DNA from: Octopus bimaculoides
Lineage: Eukaryota
NCBI RefSeq assembly: GCF_001194135.2
Contig: NC_068987.1
Span: 17,774,556-17,821,116, forward strand
Length of the DNA: 46,561 bases
Direction of reading: 5' to 3'
Under the pieces are notes generated by a model. That model worked only from the letters and a program-made list of their open reading frames with translations, did no database searches and had not been told where the DNA came from. Shown here piece after piece: positions 1 through 10,207 of the stretch; the first letter of the stretch is position 1; each line of letters begins with the position of its first letter. The translations under genes and the position numbers were made by a program.

Positions 1-30
1 TATATATATATATATATATACACACACATA

Positions 31-61
<31 letters not shown>

Positions 62-233
62 CTGTGTACATGCGTGTCTGTGTACATGCGTGTCTGTGTG
101 TATGTCTACGTGTGTATATATGTGAGTATCTGTATGCGTGTGTTTATGTATAATTCTGTCTCTGTCGCTGTTTATACGTATATGCGTATGTTTGATGATG
201 TTACATAAACATGTGTGTTTATGTATGCGTGTG

Positions 234-275
<42 letters not shown>

Positions 276-299
276 CAGCATAGACTTTTGCATCGGCAA

Positions 300-960
300 A
301 ACGTATACAGTGAAAGCGATATAATGAGTATAGTGAACTTGACATGAGGAGTGGAAAAATCGAACGTTTCGGTCAGATTTCTTCTGCAGAGAAAATCTGA
401 AAGACGAGAAATTAATAAGAATGAGTAAAGTTTTACATTCTCTAAGTCAAAATGACGGGTTGCAGCTGATAAGAAACGCAGAATCGCGTGAGGTTCAGAC
501 GGAAAAAAAGAACTGACAGGTTTCAGTAGGAAGAAGGGAAAAAGAATGAGGAAAAGCAGGCAAAATCGAGAGTGATGTGAAGGGAAAAGATGAGGTGAGA
601 GCAGCGTTGAAGGATAAAAAAGGGTTTAAGGAACTAAGAGGAGGTGTTAGAGTAGACGGGAAGACGTTTATATAAACTTGTACGTTTCATGGTGCTTAGT
701 TCGAATATGAAACGTTGTTCGTTGCGTTTCTTTGAGAATGTGGATCGATAACGTGGGCCGAGGCTGCAGAATGATAAGACATTGACTTAGCGAGAGGCGA
801 AAGAGCGTGATTGAAAAATTAATAAAAAGGAAGAGAAGTGGATGAGGGTGCGGTCGAAGTAAAAGTTCGGGTAAAAAAGGAGCTGGGGGTGTATGAATGA
901 GGTGAAAAAATAGGACAAGCAAAGGGAGAATGAAAGAAGAGAAAAAGAGAAAAGCGTTCA
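300..960 (-). mobile_element. Decayed Penelope-like retroelement 3' end (GIY-YIG C-terminus plus pseudo-LTR)
   Basis: Minus frame 810-664 reads SRSFASR*VNVLSFCSLGPRYRSTFSKKRNEQRFIFELSTMKRTSLYKR. This resembles the PLE endonuclease tail as I recall it (SRHF...RKxxEQRLIFxLGTLxPxGLNxRF). A pyrimidine-rich stretch follows, then a degraded hammerhead-like CTGCAGA...CCGAAACGTT at about 390-363. One in-frame stop. Confidence 0.55.
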
Positions 961-2696
961 GTTAAATCCATTGGTTTCTGAGATTCAGAGTAATTCCGAA
1001 ATAAGTGTAGAGTGCTCCCTATGTTTTAGAAAAGAAAAAAAAACCAGTTATATTGAGTGGACAATGTAATGTGTATTTCAAGACACTTCGAAATATTAGA
1101 AACTGATTTAAAACCTGAGTTGAAAGTGACAGCCATTTGATGCATCTTTTTTTTCTGTACAACTTCCTCTCCATATATTTCAGTGAGATTGTATGAACAT
1201 TAGTCTCGAAGCATGTTTTTGTTTTTGTTTTCTAAGAGGAAACGATGTTGCGTGTTAGAGAAATCAGTTGTATGCAACATCGAGATTCACACCTTTGTTG
1301 TCAATAATACAAACTTCTATAAGATTCGAAATTTCACCAGAACCTAAATCTATACTACATTTATGAATAATCACAAAATGATTCAGGCATTTGTAGAACC
1401 GAATGCTTTTCATCTCAGGATAGAGAACACGTTCATTTGTAGATTCGGAATCCTTTTATCTTAAGATAGTCAGTACGTACATTTCTCGTGCCGAACGCTT
1501 TTGAAAGTACTTCACAAGCGTAATCGAATAATAAGTATCGTAATCTGAGAATGAGACTCTCAACAGATTGTTACTTCACAAATAACTTATCTACGGACAC
1601 GCAGGATTTTTATTTCATTCATTGATTCTAGTAGGCGATATATAATTCTTGACAACCAAAGAAGATATCCTATATATGGAACATCAATTGAGATACTAAT
1701 TTGTTTTGTATTTTGTACGTTTACAGTTTTTCATTGGAGTTAGAAAGATAATCGTATNNNNNNNNNNNNNNNNNNNNNNNNNNNNNNNNNNNNNNNNNNN
1801 NNNNNNNNNNNNNNNNNNNNNNNNNNNNNNNNNNNNNNNNNNNNNNNNNNNNNNNNNNNNNNNNNNNNNNNNNNNNNNNNNNNNNNNNNNNNNNNNNNNN
1901 NNNNNNNNNNNNNNNNNNNNNNNNNNNNNNNNNNNNNNNNNNNNNNNNNNNNNNNNNNNNNNNNNNNNNNNNNNNNNNNNNNNNNNNNNNNNNNNNNNNN
2001 NNNNNNNNNNNNNNNNNNNNNNNNNNNNNNNNNNNNNNNNNNNNNNNNNNNNNNNNNNNNNNNNNNNNNNNNNNNNNNNNNNNNNNNNNNNNNNNNNNNN
2101 NNNNNNNNNNNNNNNNNNNNNNNNNNNNNNNNNNNNNNNNNNNNNNNNNNNNNNNNNNNNNNNNNNNNNNNNNNNNNNNNNNNNNNNNNNNNNNNNNNNN
2201 NNNNNNNNNNNNNNNNNNNNNNNNNNNNNNNNNNNNNNNNNNNNNNNNNNNNNNNNNNNNNNNNNNNNNNNNNNNNNNNNNNNNNNNNNNNNNNNNNNNN
2301 NNNNNNNNNNNNNNNNNNNNNNNNNNNNNNNNNNNNNNNNNNNNNNNNNNNNNNNNNNNNNNNNNNNNNNNNNNNNNNNNNNNNNNNNNNNNNNNNNNNN
2401 NNNNNNNNNNNNNNNNNNNNNNNNNNNNNNNNNNNNNNNNNNNNNNNNNNNNNNNNNNNNNNNNNNNNNNNNNNNNNNNNNNNNNNNNNNNNNNNNNNNN
2501 NNNNNNNNNNNNNNNNNNNNNNNNNNNNNNNNNNNNNNNNNNNNNNNNNNNNNNNNNNNNNNNNNNNNNNATATATATATAATACTATAATAAGTTACAT
2601 AAGAATGTGTATGACTGCATTTCTTATATATACGCATGCCAAAACGAAGGGGCATGTAACACAAACACACACTCACACAGAGATAGCTAAATAGTT

Positions 2697-2741
<45 letters not shown>

Positions 2742-2744
2742 AGA

Positions 2745-2786
<42 letters not shown>

Positions 2787-3116
2787 TGATGCATACATAC
2801 ATACATTTAGATATATACATATATGGATAACGATGTCTTTATTCTAACCGTTGAAATGCTATGTAATTCATGATGAAGTTATGAAAGTATTAAACATTTT
2901 TCTTTTATTTTAGCAATCTGATTATGTTTGTGCGAGGATGCACATGTATTGTTGTGCTTTGCTAGTATCACTCTGATTGACTTTTATCCCAGTAACTAGC
3001 TAATTAATTACAATAATTAATACCTTTTTTTTAACTGTTTCAATTTCCTTCTGAAGCTACTCAGGTACATATGAGATGCTTCATTTGTATCGCTGTTAAT
3101 CACAATTTCGAAAATT

Positions 3117-3141
3117 TACGTTTCAAGCCTACGCTCTTCAA
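3117..3141 (-). ncRNA. Degenerate minimal hammerhead-ribozyme-like core
   Basis: Minus strand reads TTGAAGA-GCGTAGGCTT-GAAAC-GTA. That is CUGANGA with C3>U, a short stem II, GAAA, an ACGU palindromic stem III and a GUA triplet. Stem I cannot be formed. Confidence 0.4.
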
Positions 3142-3194
3142 CTGAAAGGAACACAGAAAGAAACAAGGAGAGAAGAAAATATAAATATAGTAGT

Positions 3195-3420
3195 CAGCGA
3201 TCTATCATTTTGTTTGTTCTTAACACAACATCTCGGCTGATATACACTTCGGGCTTCATCAGGTGTCTTGGGGAAATTTCGAACCAGGGTTCTCATTCCT
3301 AAGGTATTTTTCTATGTCATTATTATTATTATTATTATTATGATTCAGGTCACTGCCTGGAATCGAACTCGGAATCCTGGGGGTTAGTAGCCCGCACTCG
3401 TAACCACTACGCCATATGTC
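3195..3420 (-). mobile_element. tRNA-headed SINE-like element with internal (AAT)n and hammerhead-like 3' module
   Basis: Pol III box A TGGCGTAGTGG (3414-3404) matches TRGCNNAGYGG, and box B AGTTCGATTCC lies at 3369-3359. An (AAT)n tract follows at about 3340-3319, then a unique segment and a hammerhead-like motif at 3267-3222. Confidence 0.65.
3222..3267 (-). ncRNA. Type I minimal hammerhead-ribozyme-like motif, mutated
   Basis: Minus strand reads GACAC-CTGATGA-AGCCCGAAGTGTATATCAGCC-GAGAT-GTT-GTGTT. Stem I GACAC/GUGUU closes exactly around the CUGAUGA core and the GUU triplet. GAAAC has become GAGAT and stem II is partly broken. Confidence 0.5.
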
Positions 3421-3491
3421 CGTCAAATGTAAATAATGTACATAATTCCTCATCTCTTAATTATAAAACTGTATGTGTGTGTGTGTGTGTG

Positions 3492-3522
<31 letters not shown>

Positions 3523-4587
3523 CTGTGCCTGTGTGCGTCTGTGTATGTGTCTGTGTATGTGTATATGTCTGTGTGTGTGTGTATTATGTGTAAATATAGC
3601 CAAAAATATACATGCAAGCTTACATACATGCATATACACGCAAACATGTGTTTATGTAAAACGTTTTCATATTTCCGGTGAGTCATACGAAGAGCATTGG
3701 CTGAAACGAGAATAATCGTGCGGCGTATTCACACGATTAAAGAACGACTAAAATGAGGATGTTGTGCATACTGGCAGCCGATCAAATACATCTGCATATA
3801 TTATCATATTCCTCTCATTTATATCAATTCACATCCCTTGATAATATCAAAATATGATAATTAATTGTTACATTTCTATAATGATTCGTCTGATTCCGCA
3901 ATGTGAATAGTAATGTATTTATTTCGAAACATTTCTGAAATTAGCATATCTGTAACAGCAATTGAATATATAGGTGTGCTATGATATCCTGTTAAGTTTC
4001 CCAAATATCACTTTTTGATACCAGTAATTATTTTTTTCAGATTCAATGTCAGAAAGATAACAAAATAAAGAAACAAGGGATATTTCAAATAGCAAAGGAA
4101 GAGTGTACCCCGCAAAATCTGAGCGTACATGCCGAAGAACAACGATTACGCATACAAAACATTTAAATATGATATGTATGATGTATGACACTGAAATATA
4201 TACTGATATATAAATATAAAAGACAAGTTAAAATAAAGGTCATTACATAAATTTCCTTTATTAAAGCAAATTTGACTTAAAACTATTTCCAGTAGTCATA
4301 ATGATAGGTTTACTCAATTGGAGTATTGATCAAATAAGGAAAAGTGAAAACCTAATAAAATTAATGGTAAAGAAGTATATGTTGTATACATTCATATATT
4401 CATTATAGCTTTATAGCTGTTTCGGATATACTTTTGGTTGTGTTCAGTACTCAGTTTCGTCAATCCGTCGATTGATCGACTGAAAATATAGAGAACGACC
4501 CTCACAAAGATCGAAGACATCATCACAATGATGTCTTCTACAGAGCCAATGCAAATCAATATTATATAATGCATTGTTTCTGTGAGG

Positions 4588-4765
4588 TCCACGCAGCTCC
4601 GGCAGAATGTAATGGCGAATTTCTGCTCACGCTTTCCTCCTGCATCTAGCAGCTCACCTGCGATGGACCGGCGTTCCGTCTAGGTGGGGAACCTATACGC
4701 CATTGAAACCGGGAAACTGGCTCTTTTGAGCCAGGCATGTATCGAGGAGGTACAAACACCAACAA
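4588..4765 (+). mobile_element. SINE-like fragment (body and 3' end, head missing)
   Basis: GC-rich island (CAGCTCACCTGCGATGGACCGGCG...GGGAACCTATACGCC...GAAACCGGGAAAC...GAGCCAGGCATG) ending in an AAC-rich tail. It matches an octopus repeat I recall. Single copy in this window. Confidence 0.45.
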
Positions 4766-5341
4766 AATGTACACATGTACGCTTATAAATATATATGTAT
4801 ATTGGTAAGTCAAGATTGACTTACAAATTGTCAATCCCCAATCGTTACAAGGTTGTCAATCGTTACAAGATTGTCAAGAAGATGAACCATTAAATTAACT
4901 CTAAGCCTACAATTAATGGTAGAAAATTACACACATAATGCCCTTTCGGTGTTGGAACCTGTCTGTAGCAAGCATTCACACCAGATTCATCTCAATGAAG
5001 ATTCTCGCCTACTCAGTCCAGAGGACTCAGAAAGGTTTAATGTGTTTCGTTCTTTTTCCTTTGATTAAATCATAAAAAATAAAAACAAAATTCATATGAC
5101 ACCAGCATTACTGAATTTCTGGAGTAAACTACTAGTGCATGCCTTTATATATATATTTCTTCCTTTTTAGACATTTAAATATAAAAACATATTCTAAATT
5201 GAATTTTATTCCCTGTTTACATAGGTTTGTAGCTTAGCCACATTTTGTGCTTTCGTGTTCAGTAGACTTCCATATTGATTTTTTTTGCCACCAAATTTGT
5301 TGAAGAGAATGAACGCATAACGTCTACGGAAACCTATCGCA

Positions 5342-5379
<38 letters not shown>

Positions 5380-6349
5380 AACAAACAAACAAACACGCAC
5401 ANNNNNNNNNNNNNNNNNNNNNNNNNNNNNNNNNNNNNNNNNNNNNNNNNNNNNNNNNNNNNNNNNNNNNNNNNNNNNNNNNNNNNNNNNNNNNNNNNNN
5501 NNNNNNNNNNNNNNNNNNNNNNNNNNNNNNNNNNNNNNNNNNNNNNNNNNNNNNNNNNNNNNNNNNNNNNNNNNNNNNNNNNNNNNNNNNNNNNNNNNNN
5601 NNNNNNNNNNNNNNNNNNNNNNNNNNNNNNNNNNNNNNNNNNNNNNNNNNNNNNNNNNNNNNNNNNNNNNNNNNNNNNNNNNNNNNNNNNNNNNNNNNNN
5701 NNNNNNNNNNNNNNNNNNNNNNNNNNNNNNNNNNNNNNNNNNNNNNNNNNNNNNNNNNNNNNNNNNNNNNNNNNNNNNNNNNNNNNNNNNNNNNNNNNNN
5801 NNNNNNNNNNNNNNNNNNNNNNNNNNNNNNNNNNNNNNNNNNNNNNNNNNNNNNNNNNNNNNNNNNNNNNNNNNNNNNNNNNNNNNNNNNNNNNNNNNNN
5901 NNNNNNNNNNNNNNNNNNNNNNNNNNNNNNNNNNNNNNNNNNNNNNNNNNNNNNNNNNNNNNNNNNNNNNNNNNNNNNNNNNNNNNNNNNNNNNNNNNNN
6001 NNNNNNNNNNNNNNNNNNNNNNNNNNNNNNNNNNNNNNNNNNNNNNNNNNNNNNNNNNNNNNNNNNNNNNNNNNNNNNNNNNNNNNNNNNNNNNNNNNNN
6101 NNATACATATATATATATACATATATATATACATATATATACACCCATCCTTAGCGTAAATGATATCAAAAAGCTCAGATTTCCAATCCCCAGATTTACT
6201 CCTTTACGGTCTTAACCTTTTTCGTTCGGTGGAATTTTCATCAGTCCTGCTAGTATATATGGTATTATGTTACATTATATTATATCATATTATACTATAT
6301 TATATTATATTGTATTATATTATATTATATTATATTGTACCATATTATG

Positions 6350-6552
6350 CCATTGTGGCAAAATGCCAAATGGCATGTCGTTCGCCTTTACGTTCTGAGT
6401 TTAAATTCCGCATAGGTCGACTTTGCCTTTCATCATTTTGGGTTCGATGAAATAAGTATCGATTGATTGCTTGATGACTGGAGTCGGAGAAATCGGCTAG
6501 CCGACCGCCAAATGAAGATTTCAGGCCTTATACCTATAGTAAAAAGGATTAT
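6350..6552 (+). mobile_element. SINE family A, 5'-truncated
   Basis: Shares TTACGTTCTGAGTT..AATTCC..GGTCGACTTTGCCTTTCATC...GATGAAATAAGTA with the other family A copies (9866, 20699, 44864). Confidence 0.7.
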
Positions 6553-7423
6553 AGATAAATATAAAAATTTGCACACACGCCGATAGATAAATATACATAC
6601 TGTATGAATGAGCGTACGTTTCTACATGCCCACGCATGTGTAACAGTATATGCTTAATATGCATTAATAAAAACAAAATTGTGAAGTAAGCAGACAGCAG
6701 AAATATATCAGTGAAAGAGCATGTACTAGAAAAGCTGAATCAGTTTAAATATGATGTACATTTTACAGAAAGCTATGGAGGCTTCGGGAAAAAAAATTGT
6801 CTATTTCTCCGATGAATACAAAAATGATGAACAGCATTTATCGATTTTCGAAACTTATTAGGTTCTCATGAATTTTGGATATTAGTACAAACGTTGCTGT
6901 AAAGAATTTTATTTCGAACACGGGTATATTATATAACTTGACATAAAACAACATGCAATGTCATGTAACANNNNNNNNNNNNNNNNNNNNNNNNNNNNNN
7001 NNNNNNNNNNNNNNNNNNNNNNNNNNNNNNNNNNNNNNNNNNNNNNNNNNNNNNNNNNNNNNNNNNNNNNNNNNNNNNNNNNNNNNNNNNNNNNNNNNNN
7101 NNNNNNNNNNNNNNNNNNNNNNNNNNNNNNNNNNNNNNNNNNNNNNNNNNNNNNNNNNNNNNNNNNNNNNNNNNNNNNNNNNNNNNNNNNNNNNNNNNNN
7201 NNNNNNNNNNNNNNNNNNNNNNNNNNNNNNNNNNNNNNNNNNNNNNNNNNNNNNNNNNNNNNNNNNNNNNNNNNNNNNNNNNNNNNNNNNNNNNNNNNNN
7301 NNNNNNNNNNNNNNNNNNNNNNNNNNNNNNNNNNNNNNNNNNNNNNNNNNNNNNNNNNNNNNNNNNNNNNNNNNNNNNNNNNNNNNNNNNNNNNNNNNNN
7401 NNNNNNNNNNNNNNNNNGAAAAG

Positions 7424-7523
7424 GGAGAAGAGGGTGGGAGAGGTGAAGAGGGTGGGAGAGGAGAAGAGGGTGGGAGAGGAGAAGAGGGTGGGAGAGGAGA
7501 AGAGGGTGGGAAAGGAGAAGAGG
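7424..7523 (+). repeat. 18-bp purine-rich minisatellite (GGAGAAGAGGGTGGGAGA) x5 plus a partial unit
   Basis: Units start at 7424, 7442, 7460, 7478 and 7496, with a partial at 7514. The array abuts a gap, so it may be longer. Confidence 0.95.
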
Positions 7524-8052
7524 TCCGAGGAGGAAAAAGGAAGGAGGAAAGGATGGAGGTGGAGAAGAGGAAGAAAAAGAAGTGGAGGATAGAATTAAAT
7601 GCATACAAAGACCCAAATCTATACCAGCAAATACATTCAGAGTCATGAGGAGATACACTAGAATAGGACACTATACAAAATAAGACTGCATCTATTTAAC
7701 AGATTTTATTGAAAACACAGTGATGTAGAAAATAAATATATTAAATAGCGTTGTAGTATTTAAAAAAAATTGTGAACCAAAAAGTTATACATTCTCAATC
7801 GATGCTGAAATATATGTATAAGCATATGTATATACATGTGTGTGCGCGCGTGTGTATATATATGTATATATGTGTGCGTGTATGTGTTTGTGTGTTTTTA
7901 CGAGTATGTTTGCTTGTTATGTATGTATATGTGCACGTGTGTACGTAAATATTATATATCTGTATAAAAATAACTGTAAATATACGCAAGCTTACATATA
8001 TATGCATACACACGCACGCATCCCCGCACCCCTGCACAGATTTATATATATG

Positions 8053-8088
<36 letters not shown>

Positions 8089-8401
8089 TTATTTAGACTC
8101 ACAAACGTAGACGTGTATACTCACATATATTGTCTGTGAATAAAAACACAGTGAAACCTTCTCCCATTGAGTTCATGTCGTCTGCCTATTGGAAAAATCA
8201 ACAGCAGTTTTCTTCAAAGAATGAACAAAAAAAAAAGACAAAAATAAAGACAAAATTTAAAACGTATTAAGCCGCAGCAAAAATTACAATATCAACATCA
8301 ACATCAACAATAACAACAAGATAAGAAGAACAACAATATCAACAATAACAAGAATAATGGTGACAACAGTATTCAACAAATCATTTCTATTAAAATAACA
8401 A

Positions 8402-8414
8402 AGTAGTAGTAGTT

Positions 8415-8474
<60 letters not shown>
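8402..8474 (+). repeat. (GTA)n trinucleotide microsatellite, preceded by an imperfect (ACA/ATA)n tract
   Basis: Directly visible. Confidence 0.95.
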
Positions 8475-8712
8475 ATAAATGGCGGTAAGCGACATAAAAT
8501 AGTAACAATGGCGTGTTGGGCTGTGGAAAGACTGTCTCCTCGTATTTATCTGTTGTTCTTTTGTACGTCTTCTAAGATTTTTTTTTTTGATTTATCTCTT
8601 TTATATTTTTCAATTTTTCTCTTTCTTTCATTTTATTTGATAAATAAGTATGTGTGGGCATATGTGTGTGTTTTATATATGCATATATATTTATATTTAG
8701 ATACATATGCAG

Positions 8713-8743
<31 letters not shown>

Positions 8744-9619
8744 NNNNNNNNNNNNNNNNNNNNNNNNNNNNNNNNNNNNNNNNNNNNNNNNNNNNNNNNN
8801 NNNNNNNNNNNNNNNNNNNNNNNNNNNNNNNNNNNNNNNNNNNNNNNNNNNNNNNNNNNNNNNNNNNNNNNNNNNNNNNNNNNNNNNNNNNNNNNNNNNN
8901 NNNNNNNNNNNNNNNNNNNNNNNNNNNNNNNNNNNNNNNNNNNNNNNNNNNNNNNNNNNNNNNNNNNNNNNNNNNNNNNNNNNNNNNNNNNNNNNNNNNN
9001 NNNNNNNNNNNNNNNNNNNNNNNNNNNNNNNNNTATATATATATATATATATATATATATCTTTGTGTGTGTATGTGTGCGTGTGTGTGTGTGTATGCAT
9101 TACATAGTAGTTGAGTGAGTAACAAGTACCAAAAAAATCAATGTTTTGTGTTGTCTGTTATTTACTCTACAATTTTGTAACATTATCATCGTTCGTTTTA
9201 GGTTGTATTCGCCGTATGTAATATGAGACGAAAATCTTACCTCAAGTGTATATTTGTTTTTTATTGCCTGTTTTTTTTGTTGTCTTTTTCACACTTTTCC
9301 TTACAATGTTTTACATTAATAGATTACAAAATAGAATATCATTAAGAGCATTTACGCGCTTTCTAGTATATCTTATTAATTATTGCATAAGACAGCAGGT
9401 ATTGAGAGAAGAGGGTGAACGTAATATGCGGCGTGTTCTATAGTGGTATTTAGTAGTGCCCATCCGTGTACGTTGTGGGACGAACTGCTATTTAATTTTC
9501 ATCCTTCTAGATTTGGTAAAGATGATTTACGTATCTGTAAATGTTATCCGTGATGTAATTCACAATTCGAATACAGTTCGTTGTGTAATTTAATCTATAA
9601 GTTCAAATCTTAATACTGA

Positions 9620-9832
9620 TTTCAAATTTTGGCACAAGGCTAATAAGTCCAGGAGAGAGGCTAGTCGTTTACATCGACTCCAGTAATCAATTGGCATGTA
9701 TTTTAACGAACACGAAAGGATGAATGGCAAAGTCGACCTCACACGAATTTGAATCCAAGAATGTATAGGCGAACGAAACGCCGCTAAGCATTTCGCCCGG
9801 CGAATTTGCGATTCTGCAAGCTCACCGTCTTA
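9620..9832 (-). mobile_element. SINE family A
   Basis: Reverse complement of the family A body (GGATGAATGGCAAAGTCGACC...CTAAGCATTTCGCCCGG...TTCTGCAAGCTC). Confidence 0.8.
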
Positions 9833-9865
9833 ATTTGAATTTTCATAATTCTTTCGAACTTTTTC

Positions 9866-10085
9866 AAGGCGGCGAGCTGGCAGAATTGTTAGCGCGCCGA
9901 AACAAATACTTAGCGGTATTTCGACAGTCTTTACGTTCTGATTTCAAATGCTACCTAGATCGACTTTGCCTTTCATCCTTTCTAGGATTGATGAAATAAT
10001 TACCAGTTGAGCACTGGCGTCGATGTAATCGAATTACCCTTTCCCCCAAATTTCAGGCCCTGTGCCTATAACAGAAATGAATATT
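9866..10085 (+). mobile_element. SINE family A, near full length (tRNA-like head, Nin/Deu-like central domain)
   Basis: AAGGCGGCGAGCTGGCAGAA head, box-B-like GATTTCAAATGC, central GACTTTGCCTTTCATCCTT...GAT..AATAA.TACCAG, tail AAATTTCAGGCCCTGTGCCTA. The Nin/Deu resemblance is from recall. Confidence 0.85.
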
Positions 10086-10089
10086 GGTT

Positions 10090-10207
10090 TCTAATTTTGA
10101 CACAGAGCTAGTAAGTTTTGGGAGGGTGTAAAATGAATACGTCGACTCCAGTGCTCAAGTGATACTTATTTTATCGACCATTAAACAAAGAAAGATAAGA
10201 TCGACCT
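10090..10207 (-). mobile_element. SINE family A, 3' half
   Basis: TCGACTCCAGTGCTCAAGTGATACTTATTTTATCGACC is the reverse complement of the family A 3' module. Confidence 0.7.
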
